Of a stretch of 64,000 nt of DNA, positions 52,400 to 64,000 are shown one piece after another (position 1 is the stretch's first letter; each line of letters begins with the position of its first letter). Source of the DNA: Azolla caroliniana. Its lineage: Eukaryota; Plantae; Polypodiophyta. A program made the translations under genes and the position numbers. The stretch covers positions 1,426,001 to 1,490,000 of the forward strand of contig JBHGNT010000012.1 in the NCBI GenBank assembly GCA_043228905.1. The letters run 5' to 3'. The notes under the pieces are model-generated. The model saw nothing but the letters and a program-made list of their open reading frames with translations. It did not search any database and was not told where the DNA came from.

Positions 52400-52665
52400 A
52401 TGTGCACGAGGTCAATACCTCGTTTGACATATTAATAATATGTGATGAGTGTCGTATGCGTACGAGGTTAATACCTCAATTACGTATTACGTTCACGAAC
52501 ATATGTTACGTTTGCGTATGAGTTTAATACCTTGATTTGTTGTAAACGATATGCGTTTGGTCTCGTATGCGTAAGAGGTCAATACCTCCATCGCGTATTA
52601 CGATGATCTCTTATTTGTGGATGTTTCGTGTGCGTAGAGGTATATACCTCAATTACGTATCTCGA
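52400..52665 (+). repeat. Array of five palindromic GAGGT-N4-ACCTC units in the gypsy 5' leader
   Basis: Cores at 52408, 52464, 52520, 52575, 52637 (spacing 56, 56, 55, 62); copy 3 is degenerate. Confidence 0.85.
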
Positions 52666-53837
52666 TCACATCATTTGTGGCTATTTACTATAACGATATG
52701 TTTAATATAGGCATATGTGGTCACATATATACGTATTTGATCGTATATATGTGATAAGTAAACATATGTGTATATTCGTTATTTCGTGATTATATCGAAA
52801 GTTGTCATGGTCGGGAAAAGGATGTTGGTGGCCGTCCTCACATTTTTGTGAGAATGGCGTTGTCACCATCCCTTTTTCAACATTTTTTTATTGTTGATAA
52901 CCCCGTTGACGACCTCGATTTTGTTACGTAAAGAAACGCCAATAGCCAAAATGATGTTGAGTACGTAGGGCTTGACCCACTTCAAGTGAGGTCGCTCCAA
53001 TGACGCACATATCCAACATCCCTCCCTCGTTACATGGATACGATGCCACCATGAGCTCGTTCTTATGAGAGGCATTCGTAATGACGTGACCATGTGATGG
53101 CCCACGTGAGCCTACTACGAAACGAGGGCTCATTTGGTTTGACCATTAGGTTGCCCTTTGGCATATGCCATCGTAATTACGAGACTTGAGGTTAGGTAAC
53201 GTACCAACATAGTTTTGGTAAATGAGGGCGAAATAAGGACCTTGACATATATGTTCTTTTAAAAAAACATATATGATCAATTGCCTCGCATATCTCTTAT
53301 ACGCATCAAACATTAAGCATTCGAGAAGAGCAACTTACTTGGTTGGCTCAAGTGTTTAATGTATTTGTTCTCGAGATCTCGAGTTCAAATATGACAAAGA
53401 CCATACAACATCCTTGATACATATGACTATAACACATGTTTAGACTTAAGGTCTAAGTGCACCTCGGGGTCCTCGTAATAGGACTTAAAGAGCCGAAACC
53501 ACTTATGTGGGCACCGAAACATAGTTTATTGTTAACATTTTTTTCGTGTATAAACTATTCATGACGCGAACATACATGGTTGAGCCTCGGGGAGCCACCA
53601 TGAAAAAATCGATATAGAGATCAGGGAAAGACATTTATTTGTCACCCCCATGGTTTTTAAAACACCTTTGTGTTACCATAGTAACCTGATCTTGAACCTC
53701 ATCTCATACGTCTAGAGGGGTATTGATGTGAGATAATGATATCAATTAATGCTCGCCCATGATATGTTTACATCACGACATGATGTTATGACTATATCTC
53801 TGACCTTATCCTATTTCTTTTCCAGAAATAATCTTTA

Positions 53838-56800
53838 ATGGCTCAAATTAACGACCCGATGTCATCCGCTCAAGCGGAAGGAACTCAAGGGAATCCTCCT
53901 GGACAAATGTCCACTGAGATGTATTTGGCACAAATAACCCAATACCTTAGTTTCACCGCTCAACAGATGACCGAACTTCGGCAATCTCAGAGTGCTCTTG
54001 AGGCACGTGTCATTAGTCTACAACGTGAGACTAATAGACCTGATGAGCGACAAGGTGAACCATCATTTGTCGTTAAGCCATTTACTGGAGACAAAAAGGA
54101 AAGAACCGAAGAAGCAATCTGCACATGGCTGGGACGATGGGAGTCTCATTTTGAGCTCTATCCCACGCTAGATAGTACGAAGATTGCATATGTCGGCCGA
54201 GAACTCGGGGGTAAGGCCGCCGCCTGGTGGCGTGGCCTCCGTACTATGGGGAAATTGCCCGATACCTGGACAGATTTTGTCACGGTTTTTAAGGGCCAAT
54301 TTCTGCAACCTCCCTCTCGAACCGAGGCAGCACAAGCTTTAATGAACCTCTCTAGCAGGAAATTTTCCTCGCTAGAAGACTATGTTCACCATGCTAGAAC
54401 CCAAATCCAAAAATCGGGTCTAGAAGGGGACAATTGGTTGATAGCTTGTTTTGTCAATGGCATCCCCAATTCGGACTATCACTGGATAGTGCACGATAAG
54501 GATCCAAAATCCTTCGAAGAGGCCGTTGAAATAGTTCTTCGCTATCAACGCACTTCGAAGAAGGACCATAACAAACCCAACGAAGCGCCTGGGACTAAGC
54601 AGTCGCAATTTGTTGGGAAACGCAAGACACCCAACGAATTCCTGGATCGCGATTGTAAGCGACAACATCCTTTTTGTGTATTCTGCAAAAAGAAGGGTCA
54701 TACAAAAGATCAATGTCGAAAGCTCCAACGGAAAGAGCACGACAACAAAGCTAAAGCTGCAGACCATAAAGGTCAGATTCCTAATGTCCTTCAGGTCTAT
54801 ACACATCATTTAAGTAATTGTCAATGTTCTTTCCCTCACTATGTATTGGGTCCCAATGATTTACTACGTGCAAACGGGTATATCAATGGATCTCCCGTAC
54901 AATTTTTATTTGATTCGGGAAGCTCACACAATTTTGTGAATGATCGTTTGGTTCAGATATGGGGCATCCAACCCACCGTAAGTGATCACACCTACACAGT
55001 GCACTTGGCTGATGGAAGAGTACAATACATCAACGGGGCGATTCATTCATTAGGAATTTCTATTGATACTTATATAGAGGAAGTAGACTTCCATGTAATG
55101 AATCTTTGTACCACCGATGTAATACTGGGTTATCCCTGGTTTTATAATAAAAACTCTTCTTTATTTATTGATTGGGTTCGTCATTCCATTTCTTTTGTAC
55201 TGAACGATTGTACGCATTTTATTCAATGTGTAAAAAAACAATCCCTCTCGATTGTTTCCTCGTGTCCATCAATATCCGAGTTGTCTTGTTCTACGTTATT
55301 TTATTGTGTACTTGATCCGGACATTCACGTTTACAATATCAATAATGTCCCGATTCAATTAACATATTTTGAACAACAACAACTTGATGAAATCTTGAAT
55401 GATTTTCATGATGTTTTTCCAAGTGAACTACCTGATGGGTTACCTCCTAAACGTAATATAGACCATCGTATAGATATTGTACCTGGTGTTGCACCAATAA
55501 GTATACCTCCGTATCGCTTAAGTCGATCCGAAGAAGATGAGGTATCTAAGCAACTCAAGGACTATTTACGAATGGGTTATATACGTTATAGTAAATCTCC
55601 ATGGGGTGCACCAGTTCTCTTGGTTAAAAAGAAAGAGGGCACATGGCGTATGTGTATTAATTACCGACGCTTGAATAAAGTGACGATCAAGAATTCGTAT
55701 CCATTGCCCCGGGCTGACGATCTAATTGACCGTCTCCAGGGAGCTCGGTATTTTACGAAACTTGATCTCCGTACTGGCTACCATCAAATACGAATAAGTG
55801 AGGACGATGTTCCTAAAACGGCATTTCGTACGCGCTATGGCCATTACGAGTTTTTGGTTATGCCTTTTGGTTTGACCAATGCTCCGGCTACTTTTCAACA
55901 AAAAATGAATGACATTTTCCGAGAACAACTTGGAAAATTTGTCGTTATTTTCTTGGATGATATTTTAGTTTATAGCCGTACATTACAAGAACATGCTAGA
56001 CATGTCCGCTTTGTTTTACAAACATTGCGTGACAAATAGTTTTATGCGAAGATCTCAAAATGTGAGTTCTTCAAGAAATCAATTACTTATCTAGGACATC
56101 TCATAACCGAACGAGGAGTTGAAATTGATCCTTCTCGCATTGAGAAAATCATGCTTTGGCCCACTCTTCGGAATATTCGAGAAGTTCGATCATTCCTTGG
56201 TTTTGTGGGGTTTTTGCGAAAGTCTCTTCGTAATTACTCCCAATTGACGATGCCGTTTACTGATCTTTTAAAAGGTCAAACGCGTAAGTCTACAAAACCT
56301 ATTGTGTGGAATGCTACACTAGACCTTGCCTTTAAGGAACTCAAGGATCTGGTTTGCAAGGCTCCTTCACTTCTTTTACCCGATCCTTCAAAACCTTTTG
56401 AGGTTGAAACCGATGCAAGCGATTATGCAATAGGTGCTGTCTTGTATCAAGATGGTAAACCAATAGCATTCGAGAGTAAGAAACTTGATTCTGCTCAATG
56501 TCGGTATACCGTTCAAGAAAAGGAATTATTTGCAGTTATACATGCGCTCAAAACATGGCGCCATTATCTTTATGGAAATCACTTTGTGGTAACTACGGAC
56601 CACGAGTCCTTGAAATATTTTTGTGACCAACAAGACTTGAAAGGTCGTAAGGCACGATGGGCTGATCTCATCCAGGACTTTGATTTTTCCATACGATATC
56701 GTAAAGGTTCCATGAATATTGTCGCTGATGCACTAAGTCGCATCCGTGAAGTTAACATGCTTAGCTTCACTGCAATATCATCAGATCTTTATGATCACCT

Positions 56801-58271
56801 TCGAGGAAAGTATCCTGATGACAGTTATTTCGCAAAATACTGGGCAAGAGTTGAGTCTGGAACAGACACCACCACATCCTCGAAGGAATACTTCCACATT
56901 GCTAACGGTTTGCTCTACCGTAATGGGAAGGTTTGTGTTCCAGATTTACCCGAGGTCAAAAAGAGGATTCTTTTTGAATGCCATGATGCACCCTCAGCAG
57001 GGCACCCTGGAATACATCGTACACTCGTTCTCATCTCCACTCAATTTTATTGGCCTAAGATGCGTCCTGACATACATAGCTATGTGACTAAATGTCACCA
57101 GTGTCAGGTTAACAAAGCCGAGCGACTTAAAGCCGCAGGACTTTTACATCCCCTGGACATTCCCAATAATAAGTGGGAAAGTATATCCATGGATTTTATT
57201 GTTAGCCTTCCTCGCACCCAAAAAGGTCATGATGCCATCTGGGTTGTCGTTGATCGACTAACTAAAATGGCCAGATTTATTGCTACTAAAACCACGGTAA
57301 CAGCTCCTGAATTGGCTTACCAATTCGTTGACGAATTATTTCGTTTTTATGGGTTACCGATGGATATCGTGAGTGATCGAGATCCAAAGTTTACTAGTGA
57401 CTTCTGGACACAAGTCTTTAAGAAGTTAGAAACTACGTTGAGCATGAGCTCCACGGATCATCCTCAATCCGATGGACAGACAGAACGAGTAAATCAAATT
57501 ATTGAGGACATGCTTCGAGCATACGTTGGTGCAAAACCAACAAAATGGGAACGTTATCTCCCAATTTTGGAGTTTGCTTATAACAGCTCCAAGCATACGT
57601 CGACGGGATATAGTCCTTTTATGTTGATGTATGGTTTTCAGCCACGAGCCCCGATTGATGTTACTATACATCATGATGAGTTGCGAAGTACGCAAAACTT
57701 TCTTCGGGATATGCAAGATATGTTGCATATTGCACGAGATAATATAAAAACAGCTCAAGATAGAGCGCGTTTTTATGTCGATCATCATAGGCAACCTCGT
57801 GTATTCAACCCTGGACAGAAGGTATTTTTACGTGTACCTCACAATTCTAAGACATTGTCTACGGGTAAGTGCGCTAAGTTAGCCCCACGGTTTTGTGGAC
57901 CTTTTACAGTCCTCAAACGCATTGGGTCATCAGCCTATCGTCTTGCTCTTCCCGATGGTGTCGGAATTCATCCAGTCTTTCATGTGAGTCGTCTAAAAGA
58001 ACTTCTAGGTTCTGGCGACAATACAATTATGACTGAAACTCTGGTTACTTCTGAAGAATTATCTTCTAAACCACATGTACCAGAAAGAATTCTTGATGTT
58101 AAAACAAAAAAATTACGTACTAAAGAAATCCGAGAATTCAAAATAAAATGGATGGATAAATCAATAAAAGATGCCACATGGGAACGCGAAAATACTCTTA
58201 GAACTAACTTCCCTAACTTTCCATTGCAAGAGTGCAATGTTTTAAAGAGGGGGAGTATGTTACGGGCATGA
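53838..58271 (+). pseudogene. Gypsy gag-pol (Gag, CCHC, PR, RT, RH, IN, chromodomain) with a single in-frame stop at 56037-56039
   Basis: [71 protein letters not shown] zinc finger, SMDFI/SDRD/GQTERVN, GPF, C-terminal PERIL...KIKW......ATWE. ORFs 53838 and 56151 are in the same frame and the intervening codons read FYAKISKCEF. Confidence 0.94.
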
Positions 58272-58758
58272 CCATATAATATCCCGTGGTAAGAATTTAC
58301 CGTAGTATTCTATACACGTGGATAAGTGTGAGGGTTAAATGAGAGTGTAAAGAAGGGGAGGATTACTTTTAATCCTCGGGATTGAGACAACCCATTAGGT
58401 CAAGTGTGAACTTGCTTGGGGGCCTTGGGTTTCGCTATAAATAAGAGGCCTAGCTACCCTCATTTGATCATCTTTTGACTACATCGAGACTCTGCTTGTG
58501 TGGTGGGTCAACTCTTGTAGCGAGTGCGCCAGCACCAGGTACGACTCGACGCCACGACGGTGGTATGGGACGCCGATCGAGGCTCGAGTCCGTCTCGATC
58601 CCTTCGCTCGGGGGTGGTCGGGTGGATCGGCACCCTTCTTTCTCTTTCTCCTTTCTATCTATCTTTTCATTATCCTTATCTTAAGCTTACGTTAGTACTA
58701 AGATCTATAATACAAGAGATGGATTCTTGTGTAGCGGAAGAGATGTGAATTGTGTGTG

Positions 58759-58805
<47 letters not shown>

Positions 58806-59936
58806 GAGAGAGACAATGAGTAAGACACAGAGAATACGCAAGGTAAAGTATATTAACAAAGGAGAAAGACTCAACATTATACAAGGTGGGAGGAGGGTGC
58901 TTTATATAGTCACCCTCTCTCTTCATTAACTACAAGACTCATGGAGCATGGGGAATGTGAAAGCTCATAAGTTATGTGTCATAGAATATGATTCTATGAC
59001 TCATACTAAATGCTAGAATACAAAGTGGTGGCATAATGGTGACTCTTGACCATTGGAGTGTTTATTCACTCTCAAGGTGAGTTCACACACTAGAACAAAT
59101 TGAGCTTGATCTCAACACGCCCCCTCAAGCTCAAGTCGGGTCGGTTTCAGATGGTATCCGAAATCCGCTTCGACTCGCGTTCCGAAGTCCGCGTCGGCTT
59201 GCATTTATGCGGAGTTGCGGAATCTGTGCTCCAGCTTGCGTTGTGCATAGTTGCGAAGTCTGTGCTTCGACTTGCGTCTTTCTTCGCGGCTTTGCGCGGT
59301 AGATCAGCTCTTTGCGGCTTCGTTGCGTGGTTGCGGAATCCACGCGTTATTGCATAGTGTCTTCAGTACTCCCCCTCAAGCTTGGCAGGTCAGGGATCGT
59401 CAATCCGAGATCGGTCATGAATTGCCATAGTTTGTCAACTCCTAAGGCTTTAGTGAAGATGTCGGCCGTTTGGAGATTGGTACTAATGTGTTGTAAGTCG
59501 ACATCACCAGTTAGAACACGCTCTCGGATGAAGTGATAGTGCACTTCGATGTGCTTTGTCTACGCGTGGAACACCGGGTTCCGAGCCAGATAGATACTGC
59601 TCATGTTGTCGCAGTAAAGGGAAGTTGAATCCTTGATGGGTACGCCCAAATCCTTGAGTATCCTTTTGAGCCATACGGCTTCACATGCGACCACTATCGC
59701 GCCCCTATATTCCGCCTCTATGCTCGAAAGAGCGACAATTGGTTGCTTTTTGCTGCTCCAGGATATTGCTCCGCTGCCAAGGGAAAAAACAAATCTGGAG
59801 GTTGATCTTCTATCAGCTTTGTAGCTGGCCCAATTGACGTCTGTGTACCCCTCGAGTCGTATTGGCATCACGGTCTTGTAGAGGATGCAACAATCCATTG
59901 TGCCGCTCATGTATCTTAGAACTCGCTTAGCGCAAT

Positions 59937-62900
59937 TGAAAAGAATGGCGTGCGAAAGCAATATAGGAAAACCGAACAACAGAAAACGCAGGTTTAATGG
60001 AAAGCTTAGGTTTGCACAGTACGCACGGGAGAGACAGAGAGAGAGTAAACACAAGAACTTAATTCAAAAATAATACTCAATCTGTACATAGGATGTGCTC
60101 AGTGAGCACTTTTATACAAGCCTTGACAATCGGGCTGACACAAGTACTGACAGTACTTGACTGCTCATAAGTGAGCATCGACACTCACTCCCAAAATTAT
60201 TCCTTTACGAGGAATATCTCTCTAACGGCCTTTCGGTTTACGCACCGATACGGCCTCTCGTTACGCACCGGTTTGCGTATTGTTCCGGCCTAATCGATCG
60301 ATCCCAACCGATCCGGTCCTCGGCTTGCTCAACCGATTCGGCCAATGTTGAGCTTGTCTCTCAACACTCCCCCTCAAGCTCAACTTGAGGCTCTTCGGGA
60401 TCTTTCGAATCACCGCTCCGGTTCCCCCTAGCTCCACGCCTCGCTTGCGCTCCTCGGCCTGTTCGACTCCGCGCGCTTCGACCCTTCCGGTCGGCACGAC
60501 CCTTCACAGCTCCTTTGCTATCGCGGTGTTGGCGCTTCTCCTGCTGCCTTCTTTTCCGCTTGGCCCTCGGTTGATTCAATGTATCCGAATCAAACATCTG
60601 AACCGACTCGGCTACCTCCGATCGGTTTTCGCTCTCGTCCGAGTTGGTTGTCTCCAACTCGTCTTCGGTCTTCTCGCCCTTGACGACGTCTTCTCCCCTA
60701 TGCTTGGTTGGCTTTGGCTCTTTCTTCCGGCTGCTCCCCTTATGTCCGCTTTCAGACTCTTCCACGGATCCGCCCTTGGCTTCTTCAACCGATCCGAAGT
60801 CGAATTCGTCATCCGACTCGGCGTCGCGGTCTTCTCTCCCCCTTCCGTGGTCATTCGGGACATCTCTCCCCCTCAAGTTCGGCACGTCGAGGTGACGCAA
60901 CCCAAGCGCACCTGAGAATTGCCACAACTTGACCAGTCCAAGAGGCTTGGTAAAGATGTCAGCGGTTTGCCGATCCATCGGAACATACTGAAGTTCGACG
61001 TCACCGGAGAGAACACGCTCATGGACGAAATGGTAGTGCACCTCAATGTGCTTAGTCCAGGCGTGGAAAACGGGGTTCTTCGAGAGTTGGATGTTGTTGA
61101 GGTTGTCGTAGTAGATAGTTGTTGGATTGGACACCTCCACCTGCAGATCCTTAAGTAGTCGCGTCAACCATATGGCTTCGCATGTCGCGACAGCCGCTCC
61201 TCTATACTCGGCTTTAGTGCTCGACAACGCAATTGTCAGCTACTTCTTGCTACTCCACGCTATCGCGGCACTCCCAAGAGAGAACGCGTCTCTGGACGTG
61301 GATCGGCGATCGGCAACGTTGCCAGCCCAATCAGCATCAATGTAACCGATCAACTGCGAGGCTGTAACAGTCTGATATAGCTGTCCCCGGTCCTTAGTGT
61401 CGTTTACGCACACTGAAGATGCTCCTTGGTAGGTCGCGCCATAAACTGACTGATCACCCCGACCGAATAATTGAGATCGGGTCGGGTGATTGTCAAGTAG
61501 ATAAGGCTTCTGCACATTTTGTCAGAACCTCGTCGGGTCGCATACCTCTCCGGACTCGGGGCGAAGCTTGACGGTTCTATCCAGAGGAGTTGAGACAGAC
61601 TTACAGTCTGCCATCCCGAATTTGAAGAGCATATTCAACACGTAATGACGTTGGCTGATCAGTATGCCTTCGGGGGTGCGGAGCACTTCGATCCTGAGGA
61701 AGTAATGAAGGTCCCCCAAATCCTTCATGTCGAATGATGCCGCAAGCTGGAGCTTCACGTGGTTGATTTCACCTAGGTCGGCGTTGGTGATGACCGAGTC
61801 ATCAACATAGAGTAAAATACTGACCGGACCGAGTCGACCTTTCCGGATGAACAGGGAAGAGTCTGATTTGAACATTGCAAAGCCCATCCGACACAGTTGT
61901 TGCGTGATCTTCGCATTCCAGGCACGCGGGGCTTGCTTCAGTCCGTAAAGGGACTTCTTCAATCGACACACCGCCGAAGTGTTCGTTCCGGAGTGAAATC
62001 TGGGGCGTTGTACCATGTACACATGTTCCTCAAGCTCACCTTTGCAGGAACGCATTCTTTACATCCATCTGATGTAAGTACCACCCCTTTGCCGTAGCTA
62101 CCACGAGCAAAACACGGACGGTCATCATCTTCGCGACCAGCACAAACATCTCATCGTAGTTGATGCCGTGTTTCTGCGCGTAGCCTTTCGCTACTAACCG
62201 AGCCTTGTATCGGTTGACCGAGCCGTCGGTGTTGTACTTGACTTTGTAAACCCACCTACATCCGATCGACTTCACACCCTTCAGTGTGTCAACCAAGTCC
62301 CAGGTCTCGTTTTCCGCCAATGCGTGCATCTCTTCCTCCATCGCGGCACGCCAATTCGCGTCCTTAGCCGCTTCTGCGTAGCTCTCCGCCTCACGCACTT
62401 CCGCTACATGGGTTATGTACACATAATGATGTGCCATGTACTCGTTGTATCCGAACCGCACAACTGGGTTCTTCTAGCGGGTAGATCGGCGTAATCGGTC
62501 ATTAGCCGATGTCGAGGTCTTCCCGGCCGACACAGACTTCGCTCTTGAAGACCCATCACCGCCTCCCTCGGAGTCGGACTCGTGTCGGTCTGACTCGTTC
62601 CTATCCGTGCCGGGATCCGACACCTTCTTCCCTTTCTCTTTGCGCGTAAGCCGTCTCCTCGGCTTCCTGCGCGGGGAATGCACGACCGAGTCTCCACTAC
62701 TTGCCGACTCTTCATCAGACTGGTCGTACCGACTCAATCGTTCATTCGATCCACTTAACCGAAACGAAATCGGACTCTCTTCGCGGTCCCAATTTCCAGC
62801 TCATCCAGAGACATCTCGGCCTCGCTGACCTCATCGTCAGAACTCAGATTGGAGGTGAGGTTCGGAGTCGGGGGCAAGTACCAGGACGCGGACTCGTCAA

Positions 62901-64000
62901 ACACAACGTTGCGGCTCACGCGCGCTTGTTTGGTGCGTGGGTTATAGCACTTATAGCCCTTCTGCTCGTCCGAATAGCCGACCAAGATACACTTCTCGAC
63001 TTTCGCGTCCAACTTCCTCCTTTTCTCATTCGGCACATGCACATACGCAATGCTACCGAAAACTCGTAAGTGTCGCAAGTTCGGCTTTGTTTCGAAATAT
63101 TGCTCGTGCGCCGACACTTTGTCTCCGATCTGGTTTTGGATGTATACCACGGTCCTTACCGCCTCAGCCCAGTAGAACTTGGGCAAGCTCTTCTCTTCCA
63201 GCATTGCCCGTGCCACTTCCACAACCGATCGATTTTTCCTCTCGGCCACGCCGTTTTGCTCCGGCGTGTATCTACAACTGAATTCACGCTAAATTTCCAT
63301 CTGTTGTAGATAACCGTTGAATTGACCAAAAAAGTATTCTTTTCCGCCATCCAACCGCAGGCACTTGATCTTTCTTCCTGTTTCCGTTTCCACGAACCCT
63401 TTGAGGTCCCAGAAACAGTTGAAGACTTCGCTTTTCCTCTCAATGAGGTAGATCCACGCGTGCCGCGGGTATTCGTTGATGAAGGAGACGAAGTATCGGC
63501 TCCAACCAAGACTAACGTTTTGTGCCGGCCCCCACACATCAGAGTGTATCAAGTCGAGCTTGTTCCGGCTCCGGTTATGCTCGTTGGGGAATGGAAGTTG
63601 GTGTTGCTTCCCAAGCTGGCAGGCTTCACAAATTTGTGCCTTCTGGCCACTAAATTTGGGCAATCCGATCACCACTTGTTTCGATTGCAGGTCTTGAAGC
63701 CGCTGGTAGTTGACGTGGCCTATCCGTTTGTGCCATAAGTCGATGTCCGACTCGACTTTTTGTCCCTTCGCGAACATTGCGGTGCCACCATCAGTAGAGT
63801 CGAGGATGAACATCCTCCCATCCCTTCGCCCTTACGCAATAATACGGCCTTCTTCCTCAATGAAGCACCTGAGGTGTGTAAACCAAACCTGCATCCCCTG
63901 GTCGACGATCTGCCCGACCAACACCAGATTCTTCGTGATGGTCGAGACGTGTAACACGTTCATAAGTTTCCCTTTCTGCCCGACATGGCTCAAGGGAACT
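59937..64000 (-). mobile_element. Copia element C (runs off the window): 3' LTR 59937-60366, PPT, frameshifted pol (IN, RT, RH)
   Basis: Minus-strand LTR begins TGTTGAGAGACAAGCTCAAC after PPT GAGGGGGAG; ORF pieces with LWHKRIGH..CEAC, IHSDVWGP, KARLVAKGY, LYGLKQAPRAW, LYVDD, DADWAG, TKHIEVHYH. Interrupts element B at the RT/RH boundary. Confidence 0.92.

Larger units (their letters stand above)
51696..58712 (+). mobile_element. Full-length Ty3/gypsy chromovirus-type LTR retrotransposon, young
   Basis: 455-bp LTRs 51696-52150 and 58258-58712 with 4 substitutions by eye; TSD CAAGA (51691-51695, 58713-58717); PBS TGGTATCAGA 52153-52162; PPT AAAGAGGGGGAG before 58258. Confidence 0.97.
51681..59936 (-). 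mobile_element. Copia element B: 3' LTR split by the gypsy (51681-51695 + 58718-59117), PPT, spacer and RNase H fragment
   Basis: Removing the gypsy rejoins tgtaaagaatcaaga|gatggattc; the minus-strand LTR end GATTCTTTACA equals the end of the 39500 5' LTR; ORFs 59347-59936 encode copia RNase H (ISWSSKKQ, NPVFHA, ADIFTKAL). Confidence 0.85.

Noticed and set aside
52400-52665. CRISPR interpretation of the palindromic repeat array
   Set aside because: Short degenerate cores inside a retrotransposon leader, no cas genes; kept as a structural finding instead.
53344-53390. A-box/B-box-like motifs (TGGCTCAAGTG..GAGTTCAAAT) suggesting a tRNA/SINE
   Set aside because: Both boxes are imperfect, with no cloverleaf, tail or TSD; the segment is better explained as a hairpin arm.
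54038-54062. CTGATGAG hammerhead-like core
   Set aside because: Lies within gag codons and lacks the GAAA core and flanking stems.
59937-60054. Hydrophobic N-terminus on RNase H ORF 59560-60054 (env-like?)
   Set aside because: Chance read-in from element C's LTR across the insertion junction.

Overview
Land-plant nuclear DNA (spliceosomal genes, CpG-depleted introns, nested LTR retroelements; a seed-free vascular plant such as a fern is my inference, not shown). I reconstructed four intron-containing genes: a glucose-6-phosphate 1-epimerase-like gene (+, 3776-9197), a LEA D-34/SMP gene (-, 16656-18153), a NIN-like RWP-RK/PB1 transcription factor (-, 21362-25962) and a ~1960-aa alpha/beta-hydrolase-like + CAAX-protease(CPBP)-like gene (-, 29944-50011). 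The 9.9-kb intron 5 of the last gene holds a full-length copia, a solo LTR and LINE pieces. From 51.1 kb to the end there is a nested stack of three minus-strand copia elements and a young chromovirus-type Ty3/gypsy element. The most interesting signals are non-coding structures: (1) a regularly spaced five-hairpin array plus a strong 3' splice site in the 1.7-kb gypsy leader; (2) an inverted repeat around the PPT/LTR junction and a duplicated PPT shared across the copia elements, one of which extends Pol by a long charged tail; (3) a covarying 3' stem-loop shared by two LINE-like families. Motif substitutions in the host enzymes are also noted. No prokaryote-type system, CRISPR array or RNA gene is supported.
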